Virus record (IMG/VR): IMGVR_UViG_3300008110_010000
Location: 8,199 to 72,198 of that record
Origin: a virus
Length of the DNA stretch: 64,000 nt
Reading direction: 5' to 3' (one strand)
A program made the position numbers and the translations under genes. The notes beneath the pieces were generated by a model that was given only the letters and a program-made list of their open reading frames with translations, was not told where the DNA came from and did no database searches. Position 1 is the first letter of the stretch. Each line of letters starts with the position of its first letter. Below are positions 29,335 through 37,315 of this stretch, one piece after another.

Positions 29335-30123
29335 ATGGAAAAGAAGCAAAAAATATTGACTATAGGGGACATTCACGGGAGGGATTACTGGAAATTCATT
29401 ACCCATGGTAGTAGTTACGAATTTGAGCAGTGGGTAACCATGGTGAATGCTGGGGCTAATCCCATGGACGATTTGTTTAAAGAGGATTATCCTTATTTTT
29501 CCGCAGACAAGATAGTTTTTGTTGGTGATTACGTTGACAGTTTCACAATTAGTAATGTTGAGATCAAGAAAAATCTTGAGGATATCATTTTCTTTAAAAA
29601 GACACTACCAAATAAGGTAGTGCTTCTCTGGGGAAATCACGATGTTCAGTATTTTATTCCCAATCAAATCTGTAGCGGATATCGTCCAGAGGCAAGATGG
29701 GATCTACAGATTCTTTTTGAGAGCAATAAAGATCTTTTCCAGATGGCATATCACGAGGGTGATTATCTTTGGACTCATGCTGGTTTATTAAAGCCAGTAT
29801 TAAGTGATCTTTTAAAACATCATCCGGATCTAAAGGAACTTGGTAATGAGGCAGCTATTTTAAACGAGGCATTTAAAATGGAACTCCCCCAAATTTTTCA
29901 GGTGGACGGTGCCAGTGGGGGATGGAGCATGTACGGGGGACCGCTCTGGGTTAGGCCAAATCAGCTTCAAGAATATGGAGTAGACCTGCATCAGATAGTA
30001 GGACACACCCCGGTTTCAGAATTGAAGAATTTAAAAAATAAAAGAGACTATAACATCTGGCTCACAGATTATTTAGAATATAGCTTGGGCGAAGGACTTG
30101 ATCCCTTAACTTTAGAAATATGA
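29335..30123 (+). CDS. calcineurin-like metallophosphatase (Ser/Thr-phosphatase / ApaH-like)
   Basis: LTIGDIHGR, VFVGDYVDS and LWGNHD match metallophosphoesterase motifs I-III. Confidence 0.65.
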   Translation: MEKKQKILTIGDIHGRDYWKFITHGSSYEFEQWVTMVNAGANPMDDLFKEDYPYFSADKIVFVGDYVDSFTISNVEIKKNLEDIIFFKKTLPNKVVLLWGNHDVQYFIPNQICSGYRPEARWDLQILFESNKDLFQMAYHEGDYLWTHAGLLKPVLSDLLKHHPDLKELGNEAAILNEAFKMELPQIFQVDGASGGWSMYGGPLWVRPNQLQEYGVDLHQIVGHTPVSELKNLKNKRDYNIWLTDYLEYSLGEGLDPLTLEI

Positions 30124-30404
30124 TATCGAAAAAAACGAAAGAAAGGGCAAAACAAATTATGAATGGAACATATGTACCTCCAGAGCCAGAAAAGATAGCG
30201 GTTACTTTTGAGGTCACTGAAAAACAATATAAAAAATACAAAAGGTGGAGAAATGCTAAGAAGAAAAAAGAAGGGGAGCTTTACGTCGGAGCAATCGGAG
30301 GAGCATACACTTTTTGTTTTACTGCAACAGGAATAGGTGAAATAGTAACTGTGAAAGCAGCAGACGGAGATGAGTTAGATTTAACAGATTATAATACTTG
30401 GTAA
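30120..30404 (+). CDS. hypothetical protein
   Basis: 94-aa basic ORF whose start (ATGA) overlaps the upstream gene's stop. Confidence 0.3.
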   Translation: MISKKTKERAKQIMNGTYVPPEPEKIAVTFEVTEKQYKKYKRWRNAKKKKEGELYVGAIGGAYTFCFTATGIGEIVTVKAADGDELDLTDYNTW

Positions 30405-30405
30405 T

Positions 30406-31011
30406 ATGAAAGTGATATTTTTAGACAATGACGGAGTAATTTGCCTTTCCAATAATTGGGGATCACGACACAAGAAGCAAAAAAAATGGGGTGGTAGGAA
30501 ACTATCTATGACTACTCGTGAAATGCCCCTTGAATATAGATTTGATAATTTTGATAAAAAAGCAATTAAAATCTTAAATGAAATTCTAGAACAAACTGGA
30601 GCTGAAATTGTAGTGAGCTCCGATTGGAGATTGTATGCGGATTTAGAGGAGTTGGGGAAATACTACACATCCCAGGGTATTATCAAAAATCCTATAGGAG
30701 TAACTGAAATATTTCACCATAAAAATTGGGTAGAAGAAGGTAGAATACCCCCAGATTTTGATTGGTACAGAATCGAAGATAGGGAGCAAGAAAGGCACTT
30801 CGAAATTCTGGAATGGCTAAAGAAGAATCCGGAGGTTACTCAATGGGTAGCTGTGGATGATTTACACATGGGGATTCACGTCGAAGCAAGTTCTTATGGA
30901 GCATTCGATAGAGATTGGGGATTGAAAAATTTTGTATGGACTCCCAGAGCCTGGGAAGGAATTAAACAGTCAGGAATCAAAAAAAAGATTTTAAAATTTT
31001 TAAACAACTAA
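30406..31011 (+). CDS. HAD-like phosphatase
   Basis: MKVIFLDNDGVI carries the D-x-D-G-(T/V) HAD motif I. Confidence 0.4.
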   Translation: MKVIFLDNDGVICLSNNWGSRHKKQKKWGGRKLSMTTREMPLEYRFDNFDKKAIKILNEILEQTGAEIVVSSDWRLYADLEELGKYYTSQGIIKNPIGVTEIFHHKNWVEEGRIPPDFDWYRIEDREQERHFEILEWLKKNPEVTQWVAVDDLHMGIHVEASSYGAFDRDWGLKNFVWTPRAWEGIKQSGIKKKILKFLNN

Positions 31012-31014
31012 AAA

Positions 31015-31224
31015 ATGGAATACGTAATCGCAATTGGAATAAGCTTCGGACTTGCTGCTATCATAGCATTTTTCTGGGTAAGAGGAATTGATAATATGCA
31101 GAAGAATTATCCAGACTATAAAGGGGAAGACTTCCTAAATTGGAACGAGAAGGAAATAGACGATGAATTTAGCAGACAATCCAAACAAAATAACAAAAAA
31201 CAAAATCATGAAGGAGATCTTTAG
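31015..31224 (+). CDS. small membrane protein
   Basis: One hydrophobic helix (IAIGISFGLAAIIAFFWV). Confidence 0.25.
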   Translation: MEYVIAIGISFGLAAIIAFFWVRGIDNMQKNYPDYKGEDFLNWNEKEIDDEFSRQSKQNNKKQNHEGDL

Positions 31225-31555
31225 AAAAGCATTTAGTGTTAAATCATTAGAACCTTTTGTTGTGGGTATTAGTGTAATTCTATTATTAGAATTTGCAATT
31301 TTTCCCGCTCTTACAATTGCCAACACTTTTTTGAATCTATTAGGAGGAGGATTAGGTGTGGGACTTGTGATATTTCTTTACGAATATGTAAAGAAAAAAA
31401 TTCATAATGTTATACCTGATGAACTGCCAGAAGGGGAAACTGAATTGGATTATGTCAACCCAGAGGAACTAAAGCCTAAGAGAAAAAGAAATCCTAAGCA
31501 GTTTCCCGAGGTAAAAAGCGAAGGACCTTTTATAAAAACTAGAAAAAATAAATAA
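31163..31555 (+). CDS. small membrane protein
   Basis: Two hydrophobic segments. The 5' end overlaps the previous ORF, so the true start may be internal. Confidence 0.3.
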   Translation: MNLADNPNKITKNKIMKEIFRKAFSVKSLEPFVVGISVILLLEFAIFPALTIANTFLNLLGGGLGVGLVIFLYEYVKKKIHNVIPDELPEGETELDYVNPEELKPKRKRNPKQFPEVKSEGPFIKTRKNK

Positions 31556-31556
31556 T

Positions 31557-32468
31557 ATGGGACTTTATGATAACGATTATCAGGCTCTAAGACAAAAAGA
31601 GCGTGAAGAAGAAAAATTAAAACAACAATTAAAAATTAAAAAAATGATTAAAACAATCGGAGTTGCAGTTGCAGGATTTTTTCTGCTAGTATTTTTATTC
31701 ATGTCTTGCGAAAGAATTGATGCTGGACATGTTGGGGTGAAAGTTAATCTTTACGGAGACAATAAAGGGGTAGATGATGTTGTGGAAGTTACTGGGATGG
31801 TTTTTTATAATCCATTAACCCACAACATTTACGAATTTCCTACATACGTCCAGCACAAAGAATACGTTGGGGATAATTCATTTATAGTTAACTCTAAAGA
31901 TGGTTCAGAATTTCACGTGAGCCCGATTATTAACTATTCAGTTAAAAGAGAGATGGTACCAAAGATTTTTTCTAAGTATAGAAGAAATCTAGAAAGTATC
32001 GAAGAAGGATTTTTGAAGACCGCAGTATTTGATGCCTTTAGATTAGCAACAAACGTATACACTGCAGATGAGTTAATAGGCAACAGACAGAAATTTGAAG
32101 TAGAGGTCAGAAGAATTCTCGAAGATCAACTAAATAAAGAGGGATTCTACATTCAGCAATTTACGTCAAACCTAGTTTATCCTGAAACATTCAAGAAAGC
32201 TATCGAGGCAAAGAACAATGCTGTTCAATCAGCTTTAATGGCAGAAAATAAAGTTAAACAAGCTGAAGCAGAGGCTAAAATCAAAGTAGCTACTGCGGAC
32301 GGTAACGCTCAAGCGATGTTAACATCAGCTAAAGCTGAAGCTGAAGCCAATAGACTGAAGCAGCAAACAATCACCCCGATGTTATTACAATTGGAATGGA
32401 TTAATAAGTGGGACGGAAAGCTACCAGTATATGGACAAGCACCTATGCTTTATAAACCAGTACAATAA
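31557..32468 (+). CDS. SPFH/band-7 (prohibitin/stomatin-like) membrane protein
   Basis: N-terminal TM helix, then an SPFH-like core and an Ala/Glu-rich coiled coil (QAEAEAKIKVATADGNAQA) typical of band-7 proteins. Confidence 0.5.
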   Translation: MGLYDNDYQALRQKEREEEKLKQQLKIKKMIKTIGVAVAGFFLLVFLFMSCERIDAGHVGVKVNLYGDNKGVDDVVEVTGMVFYNPLTHNIYEFPTYVQHKEYVGDNSFIVNSKDGSEFHVSPIINYSVKREMVPKIFSKYRRNLESIEEGFLKTAVFDAFRLATNVYTADELIGNRQKFEVEVRRILEDQLNKEGFYIQQFTSNLVYPETFKKAIEAKNNAVQSALMAENKVKQAEAEAKIKVATADGNAQAMLTSAKAEAEANRLKQQTITPMLLQLEWINKWDGKLPVYGQAPMLYKPVQ

Positions 32469-32482
32469 ACTAAAATAAAAAA

Positions 32483-33553
32483 ATGAGTATCGCCTTAACT
32501 TATGATGACATCCAATTAGTTCCTGCTTACTCTGAAGTTGTTTCCAGGAGTACAATCAATCTTAACACTTTGGTGACACGAAGATACGGATTAATTAGAC
32601 CCCTGGTGGCTTCCCCGATGGATACGGTGTGTGAACTTGACATGGCCTATAGAATTTTTCTATTCGGAGGAGTTGGATGTATCCATCGTTTCATGCCTAT
32701 TGAAAATCAATCCCGGATGATTGAGATGCTAAGATATAAAATATATGGAGACGGATTTGGTGGTCCTTTCGAGGATTGGGGAATCATGTATGACGATTGG
32801 CATTCTGAGATCAAGCAGATACCTATTATGGCAGCTGTTGGAGCTAATGGCGATTATTTGGATAGAGCAAAAAGTCTAATAAAGAATGGAGCAAATATCA
32901 TCCTCATAGACGTAGCTCATGGACATCATAAAAATGTCAAAGATGCAATCGAATCTATAAAATCTATTAGTCCCGAAATTGATGTGATAGCAGGAAATAT
33001 TGCAACACCAGAAGCTGCTCAAGATTTAGAATCGTGGGGAGCGGACGGATTAAGAGTTGGTATTGGAGGTGGATCCCTTTGTACAACTAGAGTTAAAACT
33101 GGATTTGGTATTCCTAACGTAACTTGTATAGAAGAGATATCAAAAATTGCCACAGTTCCTGTTATGGCAGATGGAGGTATTCGAACTAGTGGAGATATTG
33201 CTAAGGCTTTAGCACTTGGGGCAAGCAGTGTGATGCTAGGATCATTGCTTGCAGGGACAGAAGAATCCCCTGGACAGATAGTTGAAAAATCAACGGGTCT
33301 ATATAAAAGATACAGGGGTGCAGCATCATTAGAAACCAAAACGGTTCACGGACAAGCACAGAGAAATGTAGAGGGGGAATCTACAATTATTCCATATAAA
33401 GGAGGAGCTAAATTTGTTTTAGAGGGATTACTTGACGGGGTTAAATCTGCTCTTTCATATGCAGGTGCGGTTTGTTTGAAAACATATCACCCAAAATATG
33501 TTCAAATTACCAACGCTGGTATGAACGAAGCAAAGCCGCATCTGATAAATTAA
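32483..33553 (+). CDS. IMP dehydrogenase/GMP reductase family enzyme (no CBS insert; GMP-reductase-like)
   Basis: GADGLRVGIGGGSLCTTR (catalytic Cys loop) and ADGGIRTSGDIAKALALGASSVMLGSLLAGTEESPG are hallmark IMPDH/GuaC motifs. The 356-aa length, without a CBS pair, favours GuaC-type. Confidence 0.75.
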   Translation: MSIALTYDDIQLVPAYSEVVSRSTINLNTLVTRRYGLIRPLVASPMDTVCELDMAYRIFLFGGVGCIHRFMPIENQSRMIEMLRYKIYGDGFGGPFEDWGIMYDDWHSEIKQIPIMAAVGANGDYLDRAKSLIKNGANIILIDVAHGHHKNVKDAIESIKSISPEIDVIAGNIATPEAAQDLESWGADGLRVGIGGGSLCTTRVKTGFGIPNVTCIEEISKIATVPVMADGGIRTSGDIAKALALGASSVMLGSLLAGTEESPGQIVEKSTGLYKRYRGAASLETKTVHGQAQRNVEGESTIIPYKGGAKFVLEGLLDGVKSALSYAGAVCLKTYHPKYVQITNAGMNEAKPHLIN

Positions 33554-33603
33554 TTCGGTTCGCACGAAACAAACTTCTTAAAAGATATATAAATTTCATC
33601 ATT

Positions 33604-33985
33604 GGGGGTGTATTTGGCACTTGACAGACATTGGTAGTTCTTTGAGATGATGCAGGCCGAGTTAGTATTGGAAACTCGTTAATCACCTATGCAAACAATA
33701 AACGACGTAGAATTATCTACAATGACCTTCGAAGACGCTATGTCTTTCGTTGGTGCTGATTACGCAATAGCTGCCTAATCCCTCCCGCACACATCGTGGG
33801 GCTTAAAATAGAATGTGAACCCAGGTGGAATATGACTGAACCCGAAATCGAGTCATCTGAATTTGGTAGTTTAATCAGCCAACTATAAACTACATATTTT
33901 GTTTGTAAAGAAAAACAAGCTAAGCCTGTGAATGAGTTTCTTTTAACAGATGGACTGGACACCGGTTCGATTCCGGTCACCTCCA
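33604..33985 (+). ncRNA. ssrA: tmRNA (SsrA-like)
   Basis: 5' GGGGGTG pairs with 3' CACCTCC through a G3:U70 wobble, followed by discriminator A. The tRNA-like T-arm is GGTTCGATTCCGG. An internal tag frame ends ...GADYAIAA-TAA (33764-33778), like bacterial ...YALAA tags. The 3' CCA is not encoded. Confidence 0.7.
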
Positions 33986-34001
33986 CAAAAATTAATTTAA
34001 T

Positions 34002-34634
34002 ATGCAAGACAGAAAAGAATTCCCGTCGTTATTGAAATCGATGGGATTGACCAACAAGGGAGTTGAGGTTGGATCTTTTAAGGGTGACTTTGCTAAAGAA
34101 ATTCTTGAGCAGTGGCCAGGAATATTATATTTAGTGGATCCTTGGCGAGAAATGAAGGAAGAGGAGTATGACGATATTTCAAACATGAAACACCAGGGAA
34201 AAGTTTATGAAAAAACTTTTGAAAACCTAACAGGATTTGAAGAGCGAGCATTAATGATGAGAATGACATCAGATCAGGCTGCTGAATTATTTCCCGACAG
34301 GTCTTTGGATTTTGTTTATATTGACGCAAACCACACTTATGAGCATGTGAAAAATGATATCATGCTTTGGTATCCCAAAGTTAAAATAGGAGGAATTCTT
34401 GCAGGACATGATTTTTTAAAACTAGAATGCTTCAACAAAGAATCTTACGCTAATGGACAAAAGAACCACCCGATTTGGATGTGGTTAGATGGGGATTACA
34501 ATAATAGATTCTATGCTGGAATGTTTGGAGTGAATCCAGCAGTGGAAGAATTTTTGGAATATAATGGTTACGATCTTCATGTCACTAATGAGTTCACAGG
34601 AACTTGGTGGATAGTCAAAAAAAGCAATCTATGA
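34002..34634 (+). CDS. class I SAM-dependent methyltransferase (TylF/Methyltransf_24-like)
   Basis: YIDANHTYEHV and GGILAGHDF motifs. Paralogous in type to 28498..29226. Confidence 0.5.
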   Translation: MQDRKEFPSLLKSMGLTNKGVEVGSFKGDFAKEILEQWPGILYLVDPWREMKEEEYDDISNMKHQGKVYEKTFENLTGFEERALMMRMTSDQAAELFPDRSLDFVYIDANHTYEHVKNDIMLWYPKVKIGGILAGHDFLKLECFNKESYANGQKNHPIWMWLDGDYNNRFYAGMFGVNPAVEEFLEYNGYDLHVTNEFTGTWWIVKKSNL

Positions 34635-35572
34635 AAACCGCCTTTCTAAATCTCAGAAATCACAGGAAGGCTTATCTTATTTGTTCAGTTGGTCAAAGGT
34701 ATATTGATATGGTTGAAGAACTGGTCCGCCAGTTAGACAAATATTCATCATTTCCTGTTTTTTTATACTATTCGGATGGCCAGGTTAATTTTGATTTTCC
34801 CAATCTAATAAAACAGAAGTTTGAAATTGATTCCTCGATAAAGTATGAAATCGAAGGAATAAATCCAGAGAGTGTTAAAACACTAATGCTTACCACAGTT
34901 AAACCCAGGGCTTGCAAGCTTTTATTGGAAAACTATGAGGTAGATGAATTTGTCTTTCTTGATTCCGATGTTTTGGTTACACCTGCTATAGATTCTGTTT
35001 TTCTAAACTATGGCGATTCTATTTCTAACTTTCCTATTTTTCTAAGATATTCATGGGACTGGGTAACCACCAACGGAAAGCAGCATGTTGCAGATATTAT
35101 CTTAGAGAGAATTGGAATTTCTAGGGCTCCAACAGTAACCTCACTTTGTACCTGTCTTTTTATTGCAAACAGAAATTGTAAATCTTTCTTATCTGATTGG
35201 GAAAAATATTGTTCAGATCCTGAAATAATTAAGTTTGCTTTAAGTCCGGAGGGATACGGAGGATTTACCGATGAATCTGTTGCTAACGCAGTCGCTTGGC
35301 TTTATAGATGTAATATTTCCATTCCAACTAATCTTTGTTGGGCTTGGAAATATGAACCAGTGAAATATGTCTTTGATTTTTATGACGGGATAATTTCAGA
35401 TCTAGAAAGACACACTTCACAGCCGACCCATTATAAATTGAGTGGAGAAAATGAAGTACCTTTTGGTCTTTCTGTTATTCCCGAAAGAAAAAATAATTTT
35501 TTAGGATTTCATTTCATCAAAGATCTAGAGACAATTAAAAAAGTTGCAGAAGAAATAGAAAAAAGGTTCTAA
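34604..35572 (+). CDS. putative nucleotide-sugar glycosyltransferase (DxD)
   Basis: FVFLDSDVLV resembles the DxD motif of GT-A fold transferases. The assignment is weak. Confidence 0.35.
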   Translation: MVDSQKKQSMKTAFLNLRNHRKAYLICSVGQRYIDMVEELVRQLDKYSSFPVFLYYSDGQVNFDFPNLIKQKFEIDSSIKYEIEGINPESVKTLMLTTVKPRACKLLLENYEVDEFVFLDSDVLVTPAIDSVFLNYGDSISNFPIFLRYSWDWVTTNGKQHVADIILERIGISRAPTVTSLCTCLFIANRNCKSFLSDWEKYCSDPEIIKFALSPEGYGGFTDESVANAVAWLYRCNISIPTNLCWAWKYEPVKYVFDFYDGIISDLERHTSQPTHYKLSGENEVPFGLSVIPERKNNFLGFHFIKDLETIKKVAEEIEKRF

Positions 35573-35649
35573 TTTCTGAAAATTTTTCTTTTTATCTTCT
35601 ATAATCTAAAACAAAAGGAATATATAAAAATTCCTAGATCTTTAAACAT

Positions 35650-35724
35650 TGCGGGGTAGAGCAGTGGTAGCTCGCTGGGCTCATAACCCAGAAGTCGTGG
35701 GTTCGAATCCCACCCCCGCTACCA
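35650..35724 (+). tRNA. tRNA-Met(CAT), initiator-like, CCA encoded
   Basis: Cloverleaf with anticodon CAT in loop CTCATAA. The anticodon stem has three consecutive G:C pairs (CTGGG/CCCAG) and an unpaired 1:72 (T:T), both initiator features. The 3' ACCA is encoded. Confidence 0.8.
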
Positions 35725-35726
35725 AA

Positions 35727-35850
35727 AAGAAGTTGGTAGCAAACTTGTGTATGATACGTTCCGGCTTCGATTGATAATCGAAGGTATCAAAAAGGAAGAC
35801 GTCTCCGAGGTCTAATTCCCGCAAGTCCCTGCTACCTTTTTTATTGTAAC
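35727..35850 (+). terminator. long structured RNA / compound terminator downstream of tRNA-fMet
   Basis: GGTAGCA ... TGCTACC clamp around an internal perfect hairpin CTTCGATT-gat-AATCGAAG, ending in TTTTTTATT. Confidence 0.3.
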
Positions 35851-35878
35851 CATTTCGTTATTCAATCGTATAATATGC

Positions 35879-36652
35879 ATGAGCAAAAATTTGGTAATTT
35901 ATTTAAATGTCTTTGATGACATATCAAAGACAGCACAAAGTGTAGAATCGATTAGAAGAGCATGTCATCGATGGGGTGCTAATTTTTACGAGGTGACAAA
36001 CGTTCAGTATCCAAATGCACCTTATCCCTTTCTCTGGGAAACCCTTGCAGCTTTTGAAGAGTTCAATCACTATGATAAAATTTTAAATTTGGATCATGAT
36101 ATCATCATAAATTCTAATGCTCCAAACATATTTGAGGAATTAACAGATGAATATGATTTTTGTGCTGTTAGAGACGGGAATCCGGGAGGAAGATTTCCTC
36201 ATAATGATGGATTTCTAAGAGATTCTATTATAAAAACAATTAGTCACGATCAAAATTGCTTTGATCTTTTTCATAGTGTTTTAAAGAATTTTAATTATGA
36301 AAAATACTGGCAAAATTATTTTAATTTAGGTGTCTATCTATTTAACCCCAAAAAATACAATCGATTGATTAAAGAAATCAAGCAATTGGCTTTTGATGAC
36401 AAAAGAGTTTATCAAATGCTTATGGGACAGGGATTTCCTTGGCACGCATTACAGAATTTTTTTAATGCTTACATATCTTCCTCCGATCTTAAAATTAAAT
36501 TAATTGACAATACTTGGAATTGGATTATGCCAGATATATCCGAGGAATATCACGATGATTTTTATCTGGGAAAAATGAAACCAAACATCTATCATTTCTG
36601 TGGAACCCCAACATCAAAGGAGGACCTTCCTTTTTATGACAGATGGAAATAA
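35879..36652 (+). CDS. putative glycosyltransferase (DxD-type)
   Basis: ILNLDHDIIINSN contains a DxD-like motif. The assignment is weak. Confidence 0.3.
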   Translation: MSKNLVIYLNVFDDISKTAQSVESIRRACHRWGANFYEVTNVQYPNAPYPFLWETLAAFEEFNHYDKILNLDHDIIINSNAPNIFEELTDEYDFCAVRDGNPGGRFPHNDGFLRDSIIKTISHDQNCFDLFHSVLKNFNYEKYWQNYFNLGVYLFNPKKYNRLIKEIKQLAFDDKRVYQMLMGQGFPWHALQNFFNAYISSSDLKIKLIDNTWNWIMPDISEEYHDDFYLGKMKPNIYHFCGTPTSKEDLPFYDRWK

Positions 36653-36667
36653 TTAAAATGAATCGAT

Positions 36668-37315
36668 ATGGCAAATGGAGTATACAAAATTACAGAAGAA
36701 TTTGAAAAATCACTCGAAAGCTATACAGGAGCTCCACATGTTGTAACTTTAGACAATCAGAGTAACGGACTTTTTCTTTCCCTATATTATGAAAATTACG
36801 TTAAAAAGAGCATAGAAAAAGGAAGTATAAAAATTCCAAGTCGAACTTATCCTTCAGTTCCTTGCGAGATTATTCATGCTGGCCTTAAAGTAGAGTTTGA
36901 GCATGTGAAAGGTAAGACGATTAAAGGTGCATACCAACTAAAAGGGAGCAAGGTTTGGGATTCTGCATTGTGTTTTACCTATAATATGTATAAGAAAAAT
37001 ACCCATATGTGCGTTTCTTTTACTGGACCATTTAAGCATTTTAAGTTGTCTAAAGGTGGAGCAATATTAACAGATGATCATGAAGCATATCTTTGGTTTA
37101 AAAGAGCTAGATATAGTGGCAGAAGAGAATGTTCTTATCATGACGATCACTTTGATATGCTGGGATGGAATTTTTATATGATGCCAGAATTAGCAGCAAG
37201 GGGTTTACTCATGATGGGACAATTTTATGATCCTACAACGGGAAAACCTAAAAACAATCCAGATCTGGAACTACCATATCCAGATTTATCAAAATTTGAT
37301 ATTTATAAAAAATGA
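36668..37315 (+). CDS. hypothetical protein
   Basis: 215-aa ORF with no motif recognised. Confidence 0.3.
   Translation: MANGVYKITEEFEKSLESYTGAPHVVTLDNQSNGLFLSLYYENYVKKSIEKGSIKIPSRTYPSVPCEIIHAGLKVEFEHVKGKTIKGAYQLKGSKVWDSALCFTYNMYKKNTHMCVSFTGPFKHFKLSKGGAILTDDHEAYLWFKRARYSGRRECSYHDDHFDMLGWNFYMMPELAARGLLMMGQFYDPTTGKPKNNPDLELPYPDLSKFDIYKK

Noticed and set aside
33019-33339. Minus-strand 106-aa ORF inside the GMP-reductase-like gene
   Set aside because: It is fully nested antisense to a gene with strong catalytic motifs. Its composition (P/S/A-rich) is typical of antisense reading of a GC-richer coding stretch.
33738-34186. Minus-strand ORFs 33738..34007 and 33992..34186
   Set aside because: They overlap the tmRNA 3' domain (translation contains TGIEPVSSP, from the T-arm) and the start of the plus-strand methyltransferase gene. 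No independent support.
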